A stretch of DNA of 64,000 nt from an uncultured delta proteobacterium. GTDB taxonomy: Bacteria; Desulfobacterota; Desulfomonilia; UBA1062. A program made the translations under genes and the position numbers. Location of the stretch: positions 224,001 through 288,000 of the forward strand of contig CAWAUM010000011.1 of assembly GCA_963785235.1 (NCBI GenBank), given 5' to 3'. The notes below the pieces were generated by a model. It did no database searches. It was not told the origin of the DNA and was given only the letters and a program-made list of their open reading frames with translations. Of the stretch, positions 10,770 to 19,874 are shown one piece after another. Position 1 is the stretch's first letter; each line of letters starts with the position of its first letter.

Positions 10770-11383
10770 TTCTTCCCTCCTTTAGCTGCATCCGCAACTG
10801 GTGGTTCGGGCTTTGCCGTTTCAATGAACTTATAGGTAACGGCCTTGCAGGACGTGGCCACCATCGTACCGCCCGCGGGGTCTTTTTTAGGGGTGCCTGT
10901 AGAGATGTCCACGATGTTGACTATCCTGGGCATCCTGGAAACATTGTTAAAGAAGGTTACTATGTCGCGGTATTTCCCCTCAACCTGGATATCTACCGGG
11001 ATCTCAGCAAAAAAGTTCTTGGCAACCTCGGGCAAGGGTTTGAAAAGTTTAAACTGCAACCCCGCTGCTGTCCCCAGCGAGGAGACATTTTCCAGCAGTG
11101 TCGGTATTTCACTTTTATCAGGGAGTTGTTTCAGGGCAATGTAGAGCTTGGCCCTTGTTTGTTCAAGTTCGGCAAGGTACCTGGCTTTTTCCTTTACGAT
11201 CACCTTTTTGGCTGCAAGCTCGGACTTGAGTTGATTCAACTCCGGCTCTATGGTCCTGATATCGGTGAGTACCGGTTTGTAGAATACCTGCCAGTAGACA
11301 CCGAGGATTGCAGCCAGGATGACCACGAGGACAAGCACCTTAATAAGCGCTTTCTGTCGTAAGAGTATATCGATTATATTCAT
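10766..11383 (-). CDS. pilO: Type IV pilus assembly protein PilO
   Basis: TM helix plus LPDKSEIPTLL and MPRIVNI motifs. Confidence 0.92.
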   Translation of the reverse strand: MNIIDILLRQKALIKVLVLVVILAAILGVYWQVFYKPVLTDIRTIEPELNQLKSELAAKKVIVKEKARYLAELEQTRAKLYIALKQLPDKSEIPTLLENVSSLGTAAGLQFKLFKPLPEVAKNFFAEIPVDIQVEGKYRDIVTFFNNVSRMPRIVNIVDISTGTPKKDPAGGTMVATSCKAVTYKFIETAKPEPPVADAAKGGKK

Positions 11384-11391
11384 AATCTACC

Positions 11392-11925
11392 TCAGGCTGA
11401 CAACTTAATCGTGCACGTGATGGAAAACTTCTGTTTGCCCCCTTCTTGTTGAGAGAGCACAAGGGTCACATTATCGAAATGCTTGGATGCCTGAAGCTGT
11501 TTCATGAATGTGGCAATGGTGGTATTGTCCACTGCCTGACCTTCTATCACCATGCTGTCGCCCTTGTTGCTCAGAGAGGTGAGCCATGCCTTATCGGGGA
11601 TTATTGTGCTCAATTCATCCAGTACTTCCACCGGGCCGGTTTTCTTGGCATTGAGGTCTTGGATTACATCGAGCTTTTTTTCCAGCTCCTGTTTTTGTTG
11701 TTTGAACTTTTCGATCTCGCCGGCTTCAACGGTGAGCTTCTTGATCTCTATCTTTGTGGCTGCAACTTCCCTTATGAGGGATTCCCTCTGTGATACAATA
11801 GAGGCTTGGACGAACCATTCAAAGATGAGCGTGAGAACAACACAGAGGCCTATAAGGACTATATGCTCCACCAGGGCCTTTTTCCTCAGTTCCAGCCGGA
11901 TGGGTAATAGATTTATCTTTACCAT
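11392..11925 (-). CDS. pilN: Type IV pilus assembly protein PilN
   Basis: INLLP motif, TM helix and coiled coil. Confidence 0.92.
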   Translation of the reverse strand: MVKINLLPIRLELRKKALVEHIVLIGLCVVLTLIFEWFVQASIVSQRESLIREVAATKIEIKKLTVEAGEIEKFKQQKQELEKKLDVIQDLNAKKTGPVEVLDELSTIIPDKAWLTSLSNKGDSMVIEGQAVDNTTIATFMKQLQASKHFDNVTLVLSQQEGGKQKFSITCTIKLSA

Positions 11926-12977
11926 TTATAGTCGGCCCTCCTTAATGCAAGGCCCACGGCCACAGCCATCTGTGGTGCGATATAGGCCATATATTCCGGG
12001 TCAAACACCCTATCGTCCCATTTGATATTATTAAAGGGATTGACCACCTCAACCGGGATCTCCATCTGTTTCTCCAGCAGCTTGACAAGACCTGGTATCT
12101 TGCTGGATCCGCCACTCATGTAGATCTTCTCGATATTCTCATTGACCATGGTGGACAGGAAAAAGTCCAGTGTCCGCCTGATTTCCTGGACATAGGTTTC
12201 TGATGCCATCTTAAAGATGTAGTTGATCTTCTCAAGGTCGATGCCCTCGATGTTCGCCCCGGTCTTAATGTTCTCAGCCCGTTCGTAACTCACGCTGAAT
12301 TCGCGCTGGATCCTCTCTGTAAGCTGTCTGCCACCCATGGAGATGTCACGTGCAAAGATCGACATGCCGTCTTTAATGACATTGATGTTGATCATGGAGG
12401 CTCCGGCGTTCACGAGCGCCACAATAGACTCCGTAGCATCCGGGTAGTTGACTTCATACATGCTCTCCAGGGAGAAGACGTCGATGTCCATGAGCATGGG
12501 CTTTAAGCCGGCATTCTTTACGGCTGAAGAGTAATCATCAACCAATTCCCTCTTGGCGGCTACGATGAGCACATCCATCATGTCTGTTCGCTCCAGGCTC
12601 TCGCCTAAGATGAAGGAGTCAAAATAGACATCGTTAATATCAAAGGGTATATACTGCTCCGCCTCAACAGGGAGTGTCTGTCTGAGTTCAGCTTCGCTCT
12701 GGAGGGGGAGTTCGGCCTTTTTCACAATAACGGAATGGCCGGATATTGCAGTGGCCGCGCCGCGGGACCTCACCTTCAGGTTTTCCCTGAGGTTCTTGAT
12801 GGTATCCACCACGGTCTCAGAATCCATAATATCCTTGTCTACGATACACTCGGCAGGGATCAGGCCAAGCCCTAAGGCCTTAAGCTGGTAGCCGCTTCGT
12901 GTCTTGGCTATATCCACCATCTTGATGGATTGTGAGCCGATATCCAAACCAAGCAGATTTTTTTCAAAAAACATCAC
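11919..12977 (-). CDS. pilM: Type IV pilus assembly protein PilM
   Basis: GLDIGSQSIK, EAEQYIPF, SGGSS and VAVGLALR (FtsA/PilM fold). Confidence 0.95.
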   Translation of the reverse strand: MMFFEKNLLGLDIGSQSIKMVDIAKTRSGYQLKALGLGLIPAECIVDKDIMDSETVVDTIKNLRENLKVRSRGAATAISGHSVIVKKAELPLQSEAELRQTLPVEAEQYIPFDINDVYFDSFILGESLERTDMMDVLIVAAKRELVDDYSSAVKNAGLKPMLMDIDVFSLESMYEVNYPDATESIVALVNAGASMININVIKDGMSIFARDISMGGRQLTERIQREFSVSYERAENIKTGANIEGIDLEKINYIFKMASETYVQEIRRTLDFFLSTMVNENIEKIYMSGGSSKIPGLVKLLEKQMEIPVEVVNPFNNIKWDDRVFDPEYMAYIAPQMAVAVGLALRRADYKW

Positions 12978-12989
12978 ACCACCCCGCGA

Positions 12990-13313
12990 TCAAGACTTTT
13001 TCTTTTTGAACACTACGATGGTATCTCCGGATCTCACCAAGTTCAACTCCTTTACGATCACATGCTCGATGTATGCCATGTTGTCTTTGAGCATAGTGGC
13101 TTCCTGCATCAGCGAAGCATTTTCCTTTTCGAGCGCTGCAGTTCGATTTTTCAGAGTAGCAAGCTCGCGGTGGAGTTGATAACCTCGAATGATCCCCTTC
13201 TCGCCTGGAAGAGTGAACACGAGCAGTAACGCAATAACCAAGATCAAACCAAAGGTTAAGGAATGCGTAACTGTCATTGTGTTTACTATACTCCATTTGT
13301 ATTGGGATCGCAT
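12990..13313 (-). CDS. Septum formation initiator (FtsB/DivIC family)
   Basis: TM helix, GEKG, coiled coil and YIE..(KELNLVRSGD) C-terminal pattern. Confidence 0.75.
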   Translation of the reverse strand: MRSQYKWSIVNTMTVTHSLTFGLILVIALLLVFTLPGEKGIIRGYQLHRELATLKNRTAALEKENASLMQEATMLKDNMAYIEHVIVKELNLVRSGDTIVVFKKKKS

Positions 13314-13466
13314 TAAAAATCAGTTCTTCCCTATGCATAGCCTATCTATCGGGAAGGGGAAAGTGAATCTTTAGGAAAATATCAAATTGGTAACAGAGGT
13401 TGTCGAGGGAATAGGAATTTGGCTTGCCGGGTTACGATGTCGTAATGATAGTTCCCATTGTGATGG

Positions 13467-14120
13467 TCATCTTGAGAACCGGTAATGGATCCCTGTGCCC
13501 AAACCCAGAAGAAAGCCGCCAATATGGGAAAACCACGCCACCGAACTTGCAGAGTGCATACTGAGGTACCCATGTACACCCTGGATGAAGAACCAGATGA
13601 GGATGAAGATAATGGAAGGGACCTCAATAATCTCAATCAGCAGAATCAATGGGATCAATGTAAGAATACGACCCTTGGGGTTCAGGATAAGATAGGCCCC
13701 CATGACGGCTGCAATGGCACCTGAGGCGCCCACCACAGGGACGGATGACTGGGGATTTATTATGGTGTGTGCATAGAAGGCTGCAAAGATTGCAACGATA
13801 TAGAAGAGCATAAAGCGAATTACTCCCAGATTCTTTTCCAAGGGCGGGCCGAAGACTGACAAGAAGATGAGATTACCGATGAGATGGATGTAGCCTGAAT
13901 GGATGAACCCCGAGGCAAGAATGGCCGTATGTACCTTTAAAAAATTTGTATTGCCTACGATGAGGTACCCGGCAATATCAGCAGGGCTTACGCGAAACAT
14001 ATGAAATAGCTGTTCGCCGAGCCTGATCTCCTGAATGAACATAGCTAGGTTCAAGATTATAAGACAGGCGGTTGCTGGGGCAAAACCTCTGGGGGCGCTT
14101 GTGTCCCGGACGGGGATCAT
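13467..14120 (-). CDS. Rhomboid family intramembrane serine protease
   Basis: MIPVRD start, FIHSGYIHLIGN, catalytic GASGAI and HIGGF. Confidence 0.92.
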   Translation of the reverse strand: MIPVRDTSAPRGFAPATACLIILNLAMFIQEIRLGEQLFHMFRVSPADIAGYLIVGNTNFLKVHTAILASGFIHSGYIHLIGNLIFLSVFGPPLEKNLGVIRFMLFYIVAIFAAFYAHTIINPQSSVPVVGASGAIAAVMGAYLILNPKGRILTLIPLILLIEIIEVPSIIFILIWFFIQGVHGYLSMHSASSVAWFSHIGGFLLGLGTGIHYRFSR

Positions 14121-14188
14121 GGGTGAAGCAATACCATGAAAAGATCTATGGGGCAAGGTGATCGCATTATGGTATATATGTACTTGCC

Positions 14189-14407
14189 ATGAGACAACTC
14201 GGGACCCCGCTTATCTTTGCCGGTATCATAGTGATACTTCTGGGCATCTTTTTTAGTATGGGAGGCAGCTTATCCTGGCTGGGAAGGTTGCCCGGCGATA
14301 TGAGGATTACAAGGCCGGGCTTCAATTTCTATTTCCCCATAACAACGTCCATATTTTTAAGCATCATAGTCAGCCTGGTGCTGTACCTTATCAGGCATTT
14401 CAGATGA
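14189..14407 (+). CDS. DUF2905 family small membrane protein
   Basis: LGRLPGD and FYFPITTSI motifs. Confidence 0.85.
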   Translation: MRQLGTPLIFAGIIVILLGIFFSMGGSLSWLGRLPGDMRITRPGFNFYFPITTSIFLSIIVSLVLYLIRHFR

Positions 14408-15675
14408 GAGATGTGTCTTTAGACAACTTCATTGCATGGTTTGTTCGCATGAACTCAAAGGCCAGCTTTACCTTTGATGAAGGGGGGAGAGCATTTCATC
14501 CGGTTGCACCTTCTCATCCGGTTAATCTTTACATCCACATTCCATTTTGCGTGCAGCTCTGCCCGTACTGCTCTTTCCACCGTTATCAATTTGAAGAGGG
14601 TGTGGCCAGGGAATATTTCCTGGCATTGAGACAGGAGTTGCAGCTCTATGCGCAGAAGGGTTTTTGTTTCTCATCGGTCTATATAGGGGGCGGAACCCCA
14701 ACGGTCCTGATGGATGAGCTTTTTTGTACCATCGGGCTCATCAATACCCTGTTCTCTCCGGCAGAGATTTCTGTAGAGACAAACCCGGACCGTCTTGATA
14801 AAGGGCTCCTGGCTTCTCTTGCCAATGCGGGGGTGGGAAGGGTATCGGTGGGCATCCAGAGCTTTTCTGACGAGATCTTGAAGGCTATCGGGCGATATGA
14901 AAAGTACGGCAGCGGAGATGAACTGGCCCACAAGGTCTCAGAGGCAATGGGTATTGTGGAAACCTTGAATGTGGACATGATATACAACTTCCCCATTCAG
15001 GACTCCTCTATGCTCGAACATGACCTCAGGACACTTCTGAAGATTCTCCCGGACCAGGTCACCTTCTATCCTCTTATGATATCCCAGGCCACCCGTGCTC
15101 AGATGGAAGGTATCATGGGGAAAGGCAGCCCTGAGACAGGGAGGTTTTTTTATGCCATGATTACATCAGAGCTTGAATCTGTGTATACGCCAAATTCAGC
15201 GTGGTGCTTTTCCCGGGGCGGTGCACCCATGATCGATGAATACGTGGTTGGCGGCCAGGAGTACGCAGGAGCCGGTAGCGGTGCCTTTGGTCTGGTGAAT
15301 GGGGTAATGTATGCGAATACCTTTTCACTACCAGAGTATGTGAAATCGATAAAATCCTCTAAGCTGCCCATCAAACATGCCAAGACCTTCTCGCGCCATG
15401 AAATGGCCCGCTACTGCCTTCTCATGAACCTTTTCGGACTCAAGCTTGATCTCGGATTATTCAGACAACGTTTCGGGCATTCCGTGTGGAGGCTGCTCGG
15501 GCCGGAGATACTCTTTTTTATTCTGGCCGGGGCTTTTCGCATAACACCCGGACAGATAAGCCTGACCAAGCGTGGGCGATACTACTGGGTCATCATGATG
15601 AGAGAATTCTTTACCGGTGTGGACAATTTTCGTGATGCAAGCAGGGAGGCTGTTCTCCTTAAAGCAGGCGATTGA
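14404..15675 (+). CDS. HemN-like class C radical SAM enzyme, probable menaquinone methyltransferase (MenK/MqnK type)
   Basis: LYIHIPFC-x3-CPYC and GGGTPT motifs, plus QVTFYPLM, IDEYVV, GSGAF and NTFSL, which are typical of the MenK/MqnK subgroup. Confidence 0.8.
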   Translation: MRDVSLDNFIAWFVRMNSKASFTFDEGGRAFHPVAPSHPVNLYIHIPFCVQLCPYCSFHRYQFEEGVAREYFLALRQELQLYAQKGFCFSSVYIGGGTPTVLMDELFCTIGLINTLFSPAEISVETNPDRLDKGLLASLANAGVGRVSVGIQSFSDEILKAIGRYEKYGSGDELAHKVSEAMGIVETLNVDMIYNFPIQDSSMLEHDLRTLLKILPDQVTFYPLMISQATRAQMEGIMGKGSPETGRFFYAMITSELESVYTPNSAWCFSRGGAPMIDEYVVGGQEYAGAGSGAFGLVNGVMYANTFSLPEYVKSIKSSKLPIKHAKTFSRHEMARYCLLMNLFGLKLDLGLFRQRFGHSVWRLLGPEILFFILAGAFRITPGQISLTKRGRYYWVIMMREFFTGVDNFRDASREAVLLKAGD

Positions 15676-15715
15676 AGTGACCCCTGCATAGCCTTCCAGA
15701 CATTTTGTTGCGAGA

Positions 15716-15805
15716 GGAAAAAACCTTACCCGTTCAAAACATGCATCTTGGTGAAACCAAGATGCATGTTTTGAACGGGCCAATTTTTGGTTTGCATCTC
15801 AAGGA
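15716..15805 (+). repeat. Hairpin repeat, copy B
   Basis: Perfect 23-bp inverted repeat at 15729-15751/15757-15779 with loop TGAAA; flanks match copy C in the opposite orientation. Confidence 0.85.
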
Positions 15806-15845
15806 TTCTTTTGTTGTGAAATGTTCTGATGAGGGTAAAAAGCCC

Positions 15846-17192
15846 TCAAGCCGACTCACTGTCAAGCTTCTCAATGAGGAAATCAATCTCCCGCTTCACC
15901 TTGAGGTTCTGTGTGTACTGGGCCTCGATTGTCTCTAGGGAGTGGATGACAGAGGAGTGCTTCCGGGAGAAGGCCTCGCCAATGATCTGCAGCGGCTCCT
16001 CAGTATAACGTCTGCACAGGAAGATAGCCACCTGGCGTGGATATACGATGTCCTTCTTCCGTGAAGGTGAGACAATCTTGTCTTTGGGTATGGAAAAATT
16101 TTTCGAGATGAAATCAAGAATATACGGGATGTTTATCCGCTGCTGTTTTTCCAGGGTCCCTTCAAGGAGTTCCCGGGCAAGCTCCAGGGTGATCGTACGC
16201 TTCATGAGAGAGCTCATGGCGGAAATGGTCATCACCGCACTTTCCAAGTCCCTGATGCTGGTATGGATGGTATTGCTCATGAACTCCACCACCTCATCGG
16301 GCATGCTTACCCCGTTCTTTTTTGCCTTGTGGCGGACAATCTTGGCCCTCGTTGTCTTATCAGGGCGCTTGATATCGATAACGAGCCCAGAAGATAAGCG
16401 TGACCTGAGTCCCTTGTCGATCTGGGGTATGGAAGTGGGCGGACGGAAGCCCGAGAGGATCACCTGCTTGCCCGCACTGATGAGGTCGTCAAGCACATGG
16501 CATAATTCAACCTGGGTCTTTTCCTTATTTTTGAAGAGATGGACATCATCAATAAAAAAGATATCCATGTTTTGGCTTCGGTATGAGCTTTTGAAGGAAC
16601 TGAGAAAATTGTTTCTCACCGAGTGGACATAATCCTGCGTAAAGTCCCTGGCTGTAGTGTACCGCACACTGGTCCCATTGCGTAATGAAACGAGCTTGTT
16701 CCCTATGGCATGGGAGATGTGGCTCTTTCCAAGACCCACATCGGAATAAAAGTACAGAGGGTTATACCGGCGCAGATCCCCTTCGGAGACCGCAAGTGCC
16801 GCCTCATAGGCAAAGGCATTGCATTTGCCCACTACAAACTCGTCAAAGGTGAATTGGGCATTGAGTCCGGATGAGGCCGGCGTTGGAAGATGTGAGGGCA
16901 GGCTCATCTGAATGGGAAGGCTATCAGCCTGCGCCGGCCTTTGTGCCTGATGCTCGCTGAGAGGATTTACGCAGAACTCAACATCTGCCGGTCTGCCGAG
17001 ATGAGACCTGACAGATGAGATGATAAGATCTTTATAAACCCGGGATATATGCCTCTGGGCAAAGACATTGGGACAGCGGACAAAGACAGTGCCATCCTCC
17101 TCACAGATATCGATCTGGTCTATGAGCGCCCTGTCCGATGCGGCATGCGACATTGAGAGAATAGATTCTTTAATAATTGCAAAGTGATTCAC
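15846..17192 (-). CDS. dnaA: DnaA-family replication initiator, divergent paralog
   Basis: FTFDEFVVG, YNPLYFY-GLGKSH, FIDDVH, LRSRL, IRDLE; domain IV PRQVAIFLCR...RKHSSVIHS; GTG start; no adjacent dnaN. Confidence 0.85.
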   Translation of the reverse strand: MNHFAIIKESILSMSHAASDRALIDQIDICEEDGTVFVRCPNVFAQRHISRVYKDLIISSVRSHLGRPADVEFCVNPLSEHQAQRPAQADSLPIQMSLPSHLPTPASSGLNAQFTFDEFVVGKCNAFAYEAALAVSEGDLRRYNPLYFYSDVGLGKSHISHAIGNKLVSLRNGTSVRYTTARDFTQDYVHSVRNNFLSSFKSSYRSQNMDIFFIDDVHLFKNKEKTQVELCHVLDDLISAGKQVILSGFRPPTSIPQIDKGLRSRLSSGLVIDIKRPDKTTRAKIVRHKAKKNGVSMPDEVVEFMSNTIHTSIRDLESAVMTISAMSSLMKRTITLELARELLEGTLEKQQRINIPYILDFISKNFSIPKDKIVSPSRKKDIVYPRQVAIFLCRRYTEEPLQIIGEAFSRKHSSVIHSLETIEAQYTQNLKVKREIDFLIEKLDSESA

Positions 17193-17415
17193 AAAAAACC
17201 CCCACAGAGAGTAAATTCATAGTTAACGGGTGACATAATGGGTCTAGTGAAAAAAAAGGTCAAAGGTGAAACACCCCGGTTATAGGTAGACCGTGTTAAT
17301 TTTGTGTAAAGGGAAATAACTATAGTAATATTAATAACATGAATAGCGGATCGCGACATTCAGGGCATCTGGTGGCACCCGTTCAGGACTCTGGTCGTAC
17401 CTGGTTCCGGAAGTC

Positions 17416-17436
17416 TTATCTACATTTTGTAGAAAA
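17416..17436. promoter_or_regulatory. Inverted pair of DnaA-box-like 9-mers
   Basis: TTATCTACA (17416-17424) and TGTAGAAAA (17428-17436; reverse complement TTTTCTACA), compared with consensus TTATCCACA; upstream of the dnaA paralog. Confidence 0.4.
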
Positions 17437-17450
17437 CTGATGAGCTCTTA

Positions 17451-18885
17451 TTATCTTGATCTTTCTTTGAAAACTTTGAGATTACGATAGATGAGTGAAT
17501 ACTGCCCGGCAGGTTTTGCCCAGCTCACATCGAGTTCCATTGCATTGCTTATCATAGCATTAAGCAGGTCTCTCTCATCTTTAAAGATTCTGCATGCCTG
17601 TGAGACCGCATGCAGCAGTGCTTCCGTGTCTGGGGTAGGTCACCCGCAGGCCTGTGGGGTTATCGCCTTCGCCAAGGGCAGTGACCGTATCCCGTAAGCC
17701 CCCTACACCGGTAACGATGGGGATGGTACCATAGCGCATGCTGATCAGCTGGTTTAGCCCGCACGGCTCGAACCGGGAAGGCATGAGAAAAAAATCAGAT
17801 CCTGCCTCGATGGCATGGGCCTTTGTCTCATCGAACCCTATGAAGATACCGACCTGTCCGCCGAATTCCTGATGGAGTTCGGCGAGTTTGCGCTCAAAGG
17901 CAGGGTTCCCGTTTCCGAGAATGACTAATTTGGCACCCATGGCCGCTATCTTCGGGATGGCATCCAGTACGCAATCGATGCCCTTCTGCTCAACGAGGCG
18001 GCTGATGAGCCCGAATACCGGGGCGTCGTCAAGGGCCAATGAGAACATCTCCAGTAGAGCCCTTTTGCACAAGGCCTTGCCCTTTAAATCCCTTGCAGAA
18101 TACTGAGAAGCTATGAGGATGTCTTCAGCCGGATTCCATGTATCGATATCTATGCCGTTGGCAATACCGGTGAGCTTATATGAAATGGCTTTGAGGAGCC
18201 CATCGAGGCCGCTTCCGAACTCACTTGTCTGGATCTCCTGGGCATAAGTGGGGCTCACGGTATTCACTGCATCGGCAAATATAAGCCCGGCCTTCATGAT
18301 GTTTATCCTGCCATAATATTCCATGGCATCAGGGTGGAATAACTCGTGCGGCAGGAAGAGCATGGACCAGAGTATGGCATCGAAGAGGCCCTGGTAGGCT
18401 AGGTTATGGATGGTGAACAGGCTGCCGACCTTCTCGATGCCTGCGTCTTTCATGTAGGCAAGCACCAGGGCTGTCTGCCAGTCATTGCAGTGGACGATAT
18501 CCACATCACCCATGAGCCTGATCATCTCCACACATGCCCGCGAGAAGAAGGCGAAGCGCTCGAGGTTATCCGGATAATCGTAGCCCGCAAAGGAATACAG
18601 ACCTGTCCGGTCAGAGAACAGCGGATGCGAAATGAAGTAGGTCGTGCCATGCGAGAAGATCTTCGCTTCCGAAATCCCCGTTCCGGTGAGGACCGATATA
18701 TCGCCATGGGGCTTCAGTGCAAGTCCCATGTTCATGACTTCACGGTACAGCGGCATCACCACGGAACAATCAATACCCTGCCGGTTAAGCTCGGCAGGCA
18801 GGGCCGCGCTTACATCCGCCAGTCCCCCGGTCTTTGCATACGGAGTGACCTCGGATGAACATACCAATACCTTCATAACAGCCAT
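17451..18885 (-). CDS. glgA: Glycogen synthase (frameshift in a C4 run near 17633)
   Basis: KTGGLADV, HCNDWQT, TIHNLAYQG and PSRFEPCGL. The conserved tail AMELDVSWAKPAGQYSLIY continues in another frame to TAA at 17451. Confidence 0.93.
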
Positions 18886-18935
18886 AGTTTATACCATACA
18901 CTAAGAATGGTCGGGCAGTAAAGACAAGGGAGTAC

Positions 18936-19233
18936 AAACCCGGATTTTACAGGTGGACATGTCCATGAATAGGTTCTGTACTTCAGAAGCACCTTAAACA
19001 GTAAACCAAAAGTGTCCATGGATTGCTTTTAAAATAGGCCGTTCATCCTTCACTTGCAGCTCAGGACAGAAATTAGCATTCCCAAACTGCATGAATGCAC
19101 AAAATCCATGGGATACAAGGGGTTCTTCCTATGGAAGTATCCTTTTATATCAGAGAAAAGATCCCTGCATAAAAATAAAAGATCACACATGACATCAGAA
19201 CGTGAGGTTTACTTTTAGTGCGCTATCGGGTTA
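18936..19233. repeat. Degenerate member of the hairpin/MITE-like family, copy G
   Basis: Begins AAACCCGGATTTT and ends ATCGGGTTA. Internal TAGGCCGTTCA..CTTGCAGC..GACAGAAATTAGCAT..CTGCATGAATGCA resembles copy D. Confidence 0.45.
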
Positions 19234-19243
19234 AGCTGAGTTC

Positions 19244-19840
19244 ATGACCAGGGAGGAGTTTGAAATATCGCTTAAGGAATTCGAGTCGCAGATCAAGAAG
19301 AAGCTCCCCTCCATGATCAACAGCTACCTCATGAATCGAGGGAACCGTGAGTTTGAAACGGCCTTCACCCATCTTGTGGAGATCCTGGGCAGACAGAGGA
19401 AGAATCTCCTGAAGGACCTGACCAGGGTGGCAAGGCTCGAACAGAAGACCCGGTACTTCAATGCCACCAATAATATGGATTCCCAGCTCAGGAGCATGGG
19501 AAACAGAGATGCCTTGAAACAACAGACGAAATTGCGGCAGCATCGTGTCCATGCACCGCTTGTCTATGACCTCGGGGCAGGGCCTGAAGCGGGTGACCTC
19601 CTGAACGCCGATGATTTAGGCGTCTTGCTGGAGACTACGGAAAAGGTATCCATCGACCATGAGGTGAGGATAAGCCTCTCAGGGAAAAAGGCGCGCGGCA
19701 AGGCCATGTGGTCAATCCCTGATGAGACAGGCCGCATGGAGACGGGGGTCAAACTGCTCAATCCATCTGAGGATTTCCTGGAAGAACTCAAGAAGATTAT
19801 CAAGAAGCCTGCAAAAAAGCAGAAAAATCCTCATGATTGA
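19244..19840 (+). CDS. Hypothetical protein with PilZ-like C-terminal domain
   Basis: Helical N-terminus, RQHRV and a beta-rich tail (GKAMWS...TGVKL). Confidence 0.55.
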   Translation: MTREEFEISLKEFESQIKKKLPSMINSYLMNRGNREFETAFTHLVEILGRQRKNLLKDLTRVARLEQKTRYFNATNNMDSQLRSMGNRDALKQQTKLRQHRVHAPLVYDLGAGPEAGDLLNADDLGVLLETTEKVSIDHEVRISLSGKKARGKAMWSIPDETGRMETGVKLLNPSEDFLEELKKIIKKPAKKQKNPHD

Positions 19841-19874
19841 CACCCCTACGGGTGCATAGTATTCCTTTATAAGT

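Noticed and set aside
13467-14120. Rhomboid as a dedicated sortase for the GG-CFI protein
   Set aside because: It looks like the common MIPxRD-type rhomboid, is 23 kb away, and the candidate substrate has no C-terminal TM helix.
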